A stretch of DNA of 64,000 bases from Halorutilales archaeon Cl-col2-1 (lineage in GTDB: Archaea; Halobacteriota; Halobacteria; Halobacteriales; Afararchaeaceae), in NCBI GenBank assembly GCA_041891055.1, contig CP169074.1:32001-96000 (forward strand), written 5' to 3'. Shown one piece after another: positions 1 to 8,330 of this stretch. The notes beneath the pieces were generated by a model that saw only the letters and a list, made by a program, of their open reading frames with translations, did not search any database and had not been told where the DNA came from. The position numbers and the translations under genes were made by a program. Numbering within the stretch: the stretch's first letter is position 1; each line of letters opens with the position of its first letter.

Positions 1-1519
1 TGCTCACCGTCTGTGTGTCGGAGAAGGTGAGGCTGTCGCCAGTCTCGACGTTCATCGATGAAAGACGGTCACGTCCCGAGAGACGGTATACGACACGTTT
101 CCAGAAGACAGGATAGAGGTAGTTGAACTTGAACTCCGAGGAGTCCTCCATGAAGCCGTAGTAGAGGCTACGTCCCGAGACCGCGATGAGTGGGGAGCCG
201 TCGGAGGTGTTGACTATCGCTGTCCCCTCGTCGAGACTCGCACTAAGGTACCTGTCGGGGGATGAGAACTCTATACCCTCAACGAGGGGATCGTCGGAGA
301 CGACACGTGCTGAGCCACCCGACTGTACGCCGTCGACTGAGACGGGGAGTAGATCTCCGTATCCCGCCCTCGACAGACCTTCCTGCGCCTGTATCACGAC
401 ACCGCCGCCGTTCTCTATTGTGTCACGCCCCTTCTGTACTGTTCCCTGGAGAAGTCTGTCGGGGTTGACGTTCGAGTAGATGACGATGTCGTAGCTTCCG
501 GGTACCGAAGCCGGCGGGTTCTTCACTGTCAGACTCACCTCCTCCATCACGGAGAGTGCCGTCGAGAGATAGGTGTTCTCGTCGTTAGTGACGAGAAGGA
601 CGTCTATCTCCGACTTCGAGGGTCCCGAGATGTAGGCGGTGTCGTCGGTGGGAAATGAGTCGCCGGGAGAGAGACTGACCCTCGACCTGCCGGGCGGAAC
701 GTCTAGCTGAACAGTCTCGGAGGAGCCGGGTCCCAGAGTAACCGACTCCGATGAACCTCCGAGACTCACTGATCTCTGTTGCTCCGACTCTCCGAAGTTG
801 GTGACTGTGACCGATACGGTGTTCCTGTCGTATGCCATGTCCGTTATACCGACGTTCGAGTCGCCCCCTCGGTTGTACTGGTTGAGTGCGACGGGAACGT
901 CGCTCGCCCTCGCTTTCTCGACCTCAACCTCCCACTCTGTCGCCCCCGCGAAGTCGCTGTATACTAAGACGCGCGAGTCGTCGCTCGCTACGGATGCGGC
1001 ACGCGAGACTGCGTCGGCAAGGCTCCCCTGTGTGTCGGAGACACTCAACGATTCGAGAGCACTACGTGCCTCCTCCGCCGATCCTTCGGTCAGAACACTT
1101 CCCGACGACCCTCCTGACACGATTACTGAGGTCGTGCTGGTGACCTCCGACTTAGCGTCTGCTACTGCGTTCTCGAACCGTGTTCCGTCTCCCGTCTGGG
1201 TCGCCATGCTCGCCGAGGCGTCGATCACTATCACTGTGTTACCCGTCTCGGCGGTCGCAGTCGTCTCGACGTAAGGCGACGCGAGTGAGAGGCTTATGAG
1301 TATCAGAGCAAGAATCTGGAGAAGCAGCATCAGGTTTCTCCTAAGCCTCTCTATGACGGGGTTTGTCCCGCCCTCGTCGGTCTGTTCCGATAAGAACTCC
1401 ATAGTCGGAATTCTCAGCCTCCTCGGGTCGGGCTTTATGATGTAGAGTATTATCAGAGGTATCAGAGACGCGAGACCCGCTAGCCCGAGCGGGTTGAGGA
1501 AGAAGTCAGAGATTGCCAT
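1..1519 (-). CDS. BatA/vWA-domain membrane-anchored protein (partial, runs off the window start)
   Basis: Manual translation from ATG at 1519: MAISDFFLNPLGLAGLASLIPLIILYIIKPDPRRLRIPTMEFL...LLLQILALILISLSLASPY...VIVIDASASM. This is a BatA-like N-terminus followed by the vWA MIDAS DxSxS motif. Not in the ORF track because it is truncated. Confidence 0.8.
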   Translation of the reverse strand, partial: MAISDFFLNPLGLAGLASLIPLIILYIIKPDPRRLRIPTMEFLSEQTDEGGTNPVIERLRRNLMLLLQILALILISLSLASPYVETTATAETGNTVIVIDASASMATQTGDGTRFENAVADAKSEVTSTTSVIVSGGSSGSVLTEGSAEEARSALESLSVSDTQGSLADAVSRAASVASDDSRVLVYSDFAGATEWEVEVEKARASDVPVALNQYNRGGDSNVGITDMAYDRNTVSVTVTNFGESEQQRSVSLGGSSESVTLGPGSSETVQLDVPPGRSRVSLSPGDSFPTDDTAYISGPSKSEIDVLLVTNDENTYLSTALSVMEEVSLTVKNPPASVPGSYDIVIYSNVNPDRLLQGTVQKGRDTIENGGGVVIQAQEGLSRAGYGDLLPVSVDGVQSGGSARVVSDDPLVEGIEFSSPDRYLSASLDEGTAIVNTSDGSPLIAVSGRSLYYGFMEDSSEFKFNYLYPVFWKRVVYRLSGRDRLSSMNVETGDSLTFSDTQTVS

Positions 1520-1643
1520 TATAGGCTCGAATAACGTCTTCTCCGACTTAAGCTTTCTATATATTTGACTTCACATTTCCCGACTTGACTTCAGGTTTCT
1601 TCCACCGATGGCTTTAATTGTGACGCAGACAGTCTCATAGACC

Positions 1644-1907
1644 ATGCAGGACGACATCAACCGCCTAATGGGATACGACGTCTACTCGACCAACGGAGTC
1701 TTCGTAGGAAAGGTTGACGACGTACAGATAGACGTCAACGAGAGGTCGATATCGGGACTCGGTATCACCGACGTCAACCAGGATCTCTTCGAGAAGGAGG
1801 ACACGTCTGGCAAGGGCGTAATCCTCCCGTACAGATGGGTGAGTGCGGTCGGAGACATAATACTCGTCAAGGACGTCGTAGAACAGACCGCCGAGACTCC
1901 CGAGTAG
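1644..1907 (+). CDS. PRC-barrel domain protein (CdpB-like cell division protein)
   Basis: GYDVYSTNGVFVGKVDDVQID...GVILPYRWVSAVGDIILV is a PRC-barrel pattern; next to a TrkA-N/DHH gene as in other haloarchaea. Confidence 0.85.
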   Translation: MQDDINRLMGYDVYSTNGVFVGKVDDVQIDVNERSISGLGITDVNQDLFEKEDTSGKGVILPYRWVSAVGDIILVKDVVEQTAETPE

Positions 1908-1919
1908 GATTAGACCAGG

Positions 1920-3350
1920 TCAGTCGCGCTCTTCCTCGACGCCTATCGAGTCGAATATACGTGACTCGACCGCCTCTGCTGTGAGTTCGAGAAGAGTCTC
2001 GCGGTCTTCGCCAGTCTCCCCTATTCCCTTGAAGAGTCCGAGAGGAACCCGGGCGTTGGCTCTTCGGGTGTGTCCCGCGACCTCCCCTATTCCGCCAAAG
2101 GCGTCTTCGAGAACCCTCGCTATGTTGATACGGATGTCGTTAGACCTCGCGGCTATATGTATGTAGTCGTCGGTTATTCCGAAGACAGCCGTAGTATTCA
2201 CGCCTTCGAGTGAGAGGAGATGGTCGGCGGCGGGTATTAGAGCCTCGTTGTCGTTTATGTATCCCGCGTTAGATATGAGGTAGGAACTCCTGACCTCTCT
2301 GTTGTGTATCGAGTCGGCGAGTACGTCGAAGGTCTCGGGGCTCATAGACGGAGACTCTATCTGTTCGAGAAGCTCGTGGTCGGCGAGTGCATAGAGGTAC
2401 GCAGCTGCTGTCAGGTCGGCGGGGGCAGTGTTCCGGAAGTCGTCTGTCGCCGTCCTTATACCGTAGAGTAGAGCCGTCGGAACCTCGTTAGGAACGTCCG
2501 CCTCGGTCTCCTGTATGTACTTCGTCATTATAGTCGATGTACTCCCTAGGTTGGGACGGATGTCCTCGAACTCGGCGTCGACCTCGTACTCCGAGGCTCT
2601 GTTGTCTATGAATATGTCTACCTCCGTACCCTCTTCCTCTACGTTCTCGACGTGGTCATAGACAGCTACTGTTCCGTAGTCGTCGAGGTCGACGCCGCTC
2701 ATTCTAGTGAGATCTATCTCGAGGAGGTTAACGAAAGCCTGGTTCTCTCTGTGTCCGAGGTCTCCCTTGTAGAGTATCTCCGCCTCGACGTCGAAGCTCT
2801 CAGCGATGCTTTCGAGAGCGACGGCGCTCGCTATCGAGTCGGGGTCGGGACTGTCGTATACGAGTATCGCCATCTTTCCGTCGGTCGACTTTATGACATC
2901 GACGAGGTTTGAGACGCGGTACTCCATCTCTCCCGTCTCGACCGCCCGGAGAGCGCTCTGTGCTATAACTGTGGGGGGATTTATGACCGAGTCGGCACCC
3001 TTCTCTATGAGAGTCTCCTGTGAGACGGGGTCGGACGCCCTCACGACGATGTACTGTTCCCTACCCGTCTCACGGAGATTTTCGAGAGCCTCGGCATTGG
3101 CGTCTATGTCGTCCGTAAGTATGAGAACGACGTGTCTGTCGGAGACCTCCTCCGTCGCCTCGGGGTCACGTATGTCCATCTGTATCGCGTTGAGATCCTG
3201 ATCCCTCAGCGACTCGACACGGCTCTCGTCCTTGTCGATTATAGTGATCTCTTTCCCCCTGTTGAGTAGATCCTGAGCCACCTCGTATCCCACACTTCCG
3301 CAGCCGAGTATACCGTACCCGGAGGCGGTGTCGGGGACTCTTTCGACCAT
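1920..3350 (-). CDS. TrkA-N (RCK) + DHH/DHHA1 family phosphoesterase-like protein with degenerate catalytic motifs
   Basis: N-terminal GCGSVG Rossmann/RCK motif and DHH motif I (SPDPDSIASA); the DHH position reads DNR. Confidence 0.8.
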   Translation of the reverse strand: MVERVPDTASGYGILGCGSVGYEVAQDLLNRGKEITIIDKDESRVESLRDQDLNAIQMDIRDPEATEEVSDRHVVLILTDDIDANAEALENLRETGREQYIVVRASDPVSQETLIEKGADSVINPPTVIAQSALRAVETGEMEYRVSNLVDVIKSTDGKMAILVYDSPDPDSIASAVALESIAESFDVEAEILYKGDLGHRENQAFVNLLEIDLTRMSGVDLDDYGTVAVYDHVENVEEEGTEVDIFIDNRASEYEVDAEFEDIRPNLGSTSTIMTKYIQETEADVPNEVPTALLYGIRTATDDFRNTAPADLTAAAYLYALADHELLEQIESPSMSPETFDVLADSIHNREVRSSYLISNAGYINDNEALIPAADHLLSLEGVNTTAVFGITDDYIHIAARSNDIRINIARVLEDAFGGIGEVAGHTRRANARVPLGLFKGIGETGEDRETLLELTAEAVESRIFDSIGVEEERD

Positions 3351-3552
3351 GCCTCAGACAAGACGCGGAGACACTTACATCTTCAGTTTGGACACCGGCG
3401 TGAGAGTTATACGTCCTCAGTCTCCAAACTCTTCCATGGCATCTGTTAGCATCAGTATACCCGACGAGATACACGACGAAGTTCTCGAGTACGCCGAGAA
3501 ACATACCGAGTCGGTCGATCAGGCTTACGTGAAGTACCTCGGGGACAAGCCC

Positions 3553-3650
3553 CGTCACAAGATCTCCGATCTTGTTGGCACGTCAAACAAAGTTTGACGA
3601 ACGTCACGAGAACTTCGTTCTCGCGGGCTCGCAAATCTTCGATTTGCGAA
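3553..3650 (+). repeat. Two tandem 49-bp twin-hairpin repeat units
   Basis: CGTC ACAAGATC TCC GATCTTGT TGGCA CGTCAAAC AAA GTTTGACG AA / CGTC ACGAGAAC TTC GTTCTCGC GGGCT CGCAAATC TTC GATTTGCG AA. Confidence 0.9.
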
Positions 3651-3967
3651 CGAGGCTTCGCCGTTTTGGGTCTGCACCGCACCCGCAGGCGAATTTAATT
3701 CCTCCCGACCTTGTGCATCAGCACTTGGCTGGAATTAACACCCGAACACCTCGATAGTGTCCGTGGGAGTCGGTCGCTCCACCACGACCCGATAGTGCCC
3801 GTCTCACCGCCGTAGCGGGTTTTTGAGAGGCACCACATTTCCATAGTTTACTCAGTCAGCGTTGGATTAAGGTCTTTAACCCGTCTTTGGAGTTTTTCTG
3901 ACTGTTACTCTACTATGCGAACCGTGGTTAGTTAAAAGTTCGTGTCGGCTTCACCCTCGGGGTCAAG

Positions 3968-4019
3968 TCAAGGAAAATCTTTGATTTTCCGTATCCCAAA
4001 AAGCTCTGCTTTTTGAAGA
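3968..4019. repeat. 52-bp twin-hairpin element (variant subfamily)
   Basis: GGAAAATC TTT GATTTTCC and CAAAAAGC TCT GCTTTTTG hairpins lying inside CCTCGGGGTCAAG|CCCCGAGG. Confidence 0.8.
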
Positions 4020-4157
4020 CCCCGAGGCACTCGCCTTGCTTTCTGTAGAACTCGTTGAGTTCGCACTCAACAACGTCGAACATGACCCCGACGAGGACAC
4101 CTACATAATGTGACTCTAACGGGACTGTTTTTAGTGCCCAAGCCGTACTCCGAGTAA

Positions 4158-4613
4158 ATGGCGATCACCGACAGGATCTATCTCAAGGACGCGAACGCCA
4201 TATCGAGTCAGATCGACAGGAGGATGCCACGTAACATCTTCAGCGGCGCGGCTCTCGACATTCTTTACTCGACTGAGGCTCTCGAAAGCCTCGACCCCGG
4301 GACACGTGATCAGCTTCTCGAGTTCGTCGAGGACTTCCTCGACTGCGGCTGTAAGGACGCGCCCTACTGTGGACATCCCGAGGAGAAGTTCATGGAGTAC
4401 CTCCTCGAACTCCGTTCGGCGGGTCTCTCTCCCGACGAGATAGTTGAGACGATGGAAGCGGAGTACGGTCTCTACGCCTACACGGGTGACATACTCGACT
4501 TCCTCGACTCCGCCGTCAGAAACCTCGAAGCCTTCGAGAAGATAGCCGGCGCGGCTGGTAAGGACGGAGTGAAAAGTAGGTCCGAGAGACTGAGACGCGA
4601 CCTGGTCGAGTAG
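4158..4613 (+). CDS. DUF5814-like protein (resembles C-terminal domain of archaeal helicases)
   Basis: MAITDRIYLK start and FLDCGCKDAPYCGHPEEKF Cys/His cluster. Confidence 0.7.
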   Translation: MAITDRIYLKDANAISSQIDRRMPRNIFSGAALDILYSTEALESLDPGTRDQLLEFVEDFLDCGCKDAPYCGHPEEKFMEYLLELRSAGLSPDEIVETMEAEYGLYAYTGDILDFLDSAVRNLEAFEKIAGAAGKDGVKSRSERLRRDLVE

Positions 4614-4674
4614 AAGTAGAACCAGAACCCGAACCGGAAGTGGATTTATACGGTTTGAGAACCTAATTCTTGGT

Positions 4675-6657
4675 GTGAAGACTCGTACGGGAGTACTTGA
4701 CACAGTCGTTTTCGGGGTCGACGTACAGAGCGGCGACGTGAGAGGTGACTCTCCCTCTTACGCCGTAGTGGCTTTCGACGGTGAGAACATCGACAGGGAC
4801 GTAGTCTCACACAGGAAGCTTCTGCGTCTCATACAGAGAGAGGAGCCCGACATAGTCGCGACTGACAACATGTACGAGGTAGCCGAGGACAAGAAAGACC
4901 TCGTGGGGTTCCTACGTAACCTACCCTCCGAGACGCGTTTAGTACAGGTCACGGGAGACGAACGTCCCGAACCCCTCTCCCGAGTCGCGGCGCGCCACGG
5001 AGTGCCGTACGGAAAGAAGCCCATAAAGGAGGCGGAGGCGGCGGCACGTCTCGCCGCCGACAACGTCGGATACGTCGTCTCGGCGTTCGAGGACACGACA
5101 CGTCTCAAGGTGTCGAGGGGACGGTCGACGGGGAAGGGCGGCTGGAGCCAAGACCGTTACACGAGAAGGATACACGGCGCGGTCAGGAGACGTTCGAGAG
5201 GGATAGAGGAGAAGCTCGACAACGAGGGCTTTGAGTACGATCTCGATGTCACAGAGAAGTACGGCGGATACTCGAACGCCGTCTTCACTGTCGAAGCGAG
5301 AGCCGGTGAGGTACCTGTGTCGTCGGAGAGGTCGGGTGACGTGCGTGTCGAGGTCGAGGAGGTGCGTAAGGACGGAATAGAGTTCGAGCCCCTCGCCCGC
5401 AGACGTGACTACGTCATAGTCGGCATGGATCCAGGTACGACCACAGCCGTAGGAGTCGTGGGACTCGACGGTGAGATACTCAACGTCGTGAGCACACGTA
5501 CCTCCGACATCTCTGAGATCATAGAGTGGATAGTCGAGAGGGGACGTCCCGTAGTCGTCGCCGCAGACGTCACTCCGATGCCCGACACAGTCGAGAAGGT
5601 TAGGAGGAGCTTCGACGCCGCCGGATGGAAGCCCGACGAGGATCTCCGTGTCAACCATAAACAGCGCGTAACCTCGGAGTACTCCTACGACAACGACCAC
5701 GAGAGGGACGCAGTCGCCGCCGCACTCTTCGCGTTCGACGAGTACGACGAGAGGTTCGAGAGAATATCACGTAAGGTACCTCCGGGACTGGAGGACGGCG
5801 AGGTAATACGCCGCGTGGTCGCGTACGAGGAGTCGGTTGAGACGGCGATAGATGTCCTCACCGAGACAGAAGACGAAGACGACGAGGACGGCGGACACTC
5901 GCCGCGCGAACTCACTGAGGACGAGAGACGTATAAAGGATCTCGAGAAACAGGTCGAACGTCTCAAGTCGTACGTCGACGACCTCGAAGGGACAGTAGAG
6001 GAGAAAAACGACGAGATCGACGAGCTTCAGGAACGTCTCTCCGAGAGACGCCGAGAGGAGAAGAAGGAGATACGTAAGACCGACGAGGTCAGACGTCTCG
6101 AAAAGAAAAACCAGAGGCTCGAACACAAGCTCACGTCGGTCGAGGAGAAGTACGACGACCTCAGATCGAAGTTCGAGAGACTCAAGAAGTTCTGGAAGCT
6201 CGACCACTCGAACTTCTCCGACGTCGCCGGAGACGCCGACGGCTACACCTCGGTCAAGATAATAGACAAGTTCACGAAGTCGGCGATAGACGAGACAGAC
6301 GAACGCACGGGTCTCGTCGAGGACGACGTCATACTCCTGCGTGACGCGAGCGGAGCGGGTAGAAGCACTGCCGAGAAGCTCGCATCGGTCGAGCCGCGTC
6401 TCGTCCTCAAGAACGGAGGGATCTCTGAGGTAGCCGACGAGGTACTATTCGAGAACCGGATTCCCGTCGGAGACGCCGACGATGTCAAGGTACGTGAGGT
6501 CGATGACCTCGCGATAGGCTTAGAGTCGGACGTCGAGGATGTCATAGAGGACTGGGAGGAGAGAGCCGAGGAGAGGAAGAGAAAGAGGAGTTCGGAGATG
6601 GTCGACAGCCTCATAACCGAGTACAGGGCTGAGAGAAAGAGAGAGACGAGCGACTAA
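4675..6657 (+). CDS. DUF460/COG2433 protein (RNase H-like domains + coiled coil)
   Basis: FGVDVQSG, GRSTGKGGWSQDRY and GMDPGTTTAVG motifs; long coiled coil. Confidence 0.85.
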   Translation: MKTRTGVLDTVVFGVDVQSGDVRGDSPSYAVVAFDGENIDRDVVSHRKLLRLIQREEPDIVATDNMYEVAEDKKDLVGFLRNLPSETRLVQVTGDERPEPLSRVAARHGVPYGKKPIKEAEAAARLAADNVGYVVSAFEDTTRLKVSRGRSTGKGGWSQDRYTRRIHGAVRRRSRGIEEKLDNEGFEYDLDVTEKYGGYSNAVFTVEARAGEVPVSSERSGDVRVEVEEVRKDGIEFEPLARRRDYVIVGMDPGTTTAVGVVGLDGEILNVVSTRTSDISEIIEWIVERGRPVVVAADVTPMPDTVEKVRRSFDAAGWKPDEDLRVNHKQRVTSEYSYDNDHERDAVAAALFAFDEYDERFERISRKVPPGLEDGEVIRRVVAYEESVETAIDVLTETEDEDDEDGGHSPRELTEDERRIKDLEKQVERLKSYVDDLEGTVEEKNDEIDELQERLSERRREEKKEIRKTDEVRRLEKKNQRLEHKLTSVEEKYDDLRSKFERLKKFWKLDHSNFSDVAGDADGYTSVKIIDKFTKSAIDETDERTGLVEDDVILLRDASGAGRSTAEKLASVEPRLVLKNGGISEVADEVLFENRIPVGDADDVKVREVDDLAIGLESDVEDVIEDWEERAEERKRKRSSEMVDSLITEYRAERKRETSD

Positions 6658-6674
6658 GACTAACAGACGTTAAC

Positions 6675-7043
6675 TTACAGACCTCTATCTCCGTCTTCGT
6701 CTCTGAATATGAGTCTGTCGCCCTCCTCGACACCGTCTAAGCCTCCCGCCTTAGTCTCTATGACCCTCTTAGCCTCGTGGGACACGTACCCCGTCCACGC
6801 CTCCATACGTGTCTTCTTCACGACCCTGTTGTCTGAGTCGAGGAAGACGGCGTCGATACCGAAGAAGACAAAGACCATGTGGAGACGTACCTTCTTCTCG
6901 GAGTCGAACTCGAAGACTAAGGCGTAGCCGTCGGGAACTGACTCTGAACGTCGGAACATCAGACCCAGAGACTTAGACAGGAAGGTATCGGCGACCTCGG
7001 CTTCTTCTGTGACTACATTGCTGTTCTGAGTCTCTATTCTCAT
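6675..7043 (-). CDS. DUF192 family protein
   Basis: ADTFLSKSLGLMFR...LHMVFVFFGIDAVFLD. Confidence 0.85.
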   Translation of the reverse strand: MRIETQNSNVVTEEAEVADTFLSKSLGLMFRRSESVPDGYALVFEFDSEKKVRLHMVFVFFGIDAVFLDSDNRVVKKTRMEAWTGYVSHEAKRVIETKAGGLDGVEEGDRLIFRDEDGDRGL

Positions 7044-7071
7044 CTTATTCTATTCTTATGACGTCTCAGAC

Positions 7072-7398
7072 TCAGACGGGTATCCCGTGTTCCTCGACTA
7101 TCTCCTCCCGGAGTATGAGGTCGGCGTTCGCTCTGACGTAGTCGGGAGCGTCGTCTGCTATCAGAACCGCCTTGAGGTCGGGATTGACGTGTTTGGCGAC
7201 AGTGACCTGTACAGACTTCTCGCCGCCGTAGACCACGAAGATGTCGGCGTCGTCTATACCCGCCTCGATCAGGGCGTCCTCACCGACCCCCTCGGCTTCG
7301 ACGACCTCGACATCGACCTCCTCGGCTTCGTCATCTTCACTCTCACCGAGGTCGAACTTTCTCAGTCTCTCCGGGACTCCGAGAACGACTACCTTCAT
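7072..7398 (-). CDS. Small conserved haloarchaeal protein downstream of guaAB (RCK-like fragment)
   Basis: LIEAGIDDADIFVV...VAKHVNPDLKAV; operonic with pyrG-guaAB. Confidence 0.6.
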   Translation of the reverse strand: MKVVVLGVPERLRKFDLGESEDDEAEEVDVEVVEAEGVGEDALIEAGIDDADIFVVYGGEKSVQVTVAKHVNPDLKAVLIADDAPDYVRANADLILREEIVEEHGIPV

Positions 7399-8316
7399 CT
7401 ATTCGTACTCTATCGTCGCAGGTGGCTTGTGTGTGACGTCGTAGACGACACGTGCGACGTTGGGATGTGCCCCCGTTATCCTCGACTGTATCCTCTGGAG
7501 GCTCTCCCACGGTATGTCCATCGCCTGTGCGGTCATTCCGTCACGTGACTCTACGGCTCTCACGGCGACTATCCAGCCGTGAACCCTGTTGTCGCCCTTG
7601 ACTCCCGTGCCCTTTCCTACGACTGCGGCGAGAGCCTGCCACGGGTCGAACTCCTCGACCTCCTCCTCGACGACTGCGTTAGCCTCGCGCGCGACCTCTA
7701 GCTTCTCCTCTGTGACCTCGCCTATCACACGCACTGCGAGACCGGGTCCCGGGAAAGGCATCCTCTCGCTGATGTCCTCGGTGAGACCGAGTGCACGCGC
7801 GACCTCACGTACCTCGTCCTTGTAGAGCTCTCTCACGGGCTCGACGAGTCCCTCGAAGCTTATGACCTCGGGGAGACCTCCGACGTTGTGGTGGCTCTTT
7901 ATTCCACCCTCGCTCTCTATCCTGTCGGGGTATATCGTACCCTGGACGCAGTACTCCGCCTCGACCTCTGAGGCGACCTCCTCGAAGACACGCATGAACT
8001 CCTCTCCTATTATCTCGCGTTTCTCCTCCGGATCTGTGACTCCCGAGAGTGCGTCTAAGAACCTCTCTCGCGCGTCGACTATACGCAGACTCTCCATGTA
8101 GTCGAATGTCTCACGTATCTCGTCGGTCTCGCCCTTCCTCATCAGACCCGTGTCGACGTAGATAGGCGTGAGACGGCTGCCTATTGCCTCGTAGGCGAGT
8201 GCCGCGCTCACAGCCGAGTCGACGCCTCCCGACAGGGCTATGACGGCGTGACCGTCGCCGACGTCTTCCTTTATCTCCTCTACCGCTTCGTCTATGAAAC
8301 TGTCTGTGTCTACCAT
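7399..8316 (-). CDS. guaAB: GMP synthase, ATPPase subunit B
   Basis: [10 protein letters not shown]-loop, [27 protein letters not shown]. Confidence 0.95.
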   Translation of the reverse strand: MVDTDSFIDEAVEEIKEDVGDGHAVIALSGGVDSAVSAALAYEAIGSRLTPIYVDTGLMRKGETDEIRETFDYMESLRIVDARERFLDALSGVTDPEEKREIIGEEFMRVFEEVASEVEAEYCVQGTIYPDRIESEGGIKSHHNVGGLPEVISFEGLVEPVRELYKDEVREVARALGLTEDISERMPFPGPGLAVRVIGEVTEEKLEVAREANAVVEEEVEEFDPWQALAAVVGKGTGVKGDNRVHGWIVAVRAVESRDGMTAQAMDIPWESLQRIQSRITGAHPNVARVVYDVTHKPPATIEYE

Positions 8317-8330
8317 CTTTGTAATCTCCT

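Larger units (their letters stand above)
3529..4044 (-). mobile_element. Non-autonomous IS200/IS605-family element (PATE-like; no tnpA or tnpB)
   Basis: Subterminal hairpins CCTCGGGG-ACAAG-CCCCGAGG and CCTCGGGG-TCAAG-CCCCGAGG, each reconstructed after removing an insert. On the minus strand the left end follows CTAC and the right end finishes TTCAC. There is no target duplication, and precise removal restores the host ORF. Confidence 0.8.
3436..4113 (+). pseudogene. Ribbon-helix-helix (CopG/MetJ-like) small regulator interrupted by an IS200/IS605-type element
   Basis: Joining 3436-3528 to 4045-4113 gives an intact 53-aa ORF, MASVSISIPDEIHDEVLEYAEKHTESVDQAY|VELVEFALNNVEHDPDEDTYIM*, with an RHH-like beta-strand plus two-helix pattern. 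Confidence 0.75.

Noticed and set aside
3328-3597. 89-aa ORF as listed in the track
   Set aside because: The 5' extension overlaps the divergent gene start and the 3' part is read-through into the element; the real gene is 3436-3528 + 4045-4113.
3553-3650. Tandem 49-bp units read as a mini CRISPR array
   Set aside because: There is no constant repeat with unique spacers; the variable parts are self-complementary stems, and no cas genes are in the window.
3695-3844. 49-aa minus-strand ORF (MEMWCLSKTRY...) inside the IS605-type element
   Set aside because: Not acidic, no TnpA/TnpB motifs, and it coincides with base-paired stems; more likely non-coding.
3529-4044. IStron or self-splicing intron that would restore the RHH mRNA
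   Set aside because: The inferred left-to-right orientation is antisense to the host gene, and no group I core could be recognised.
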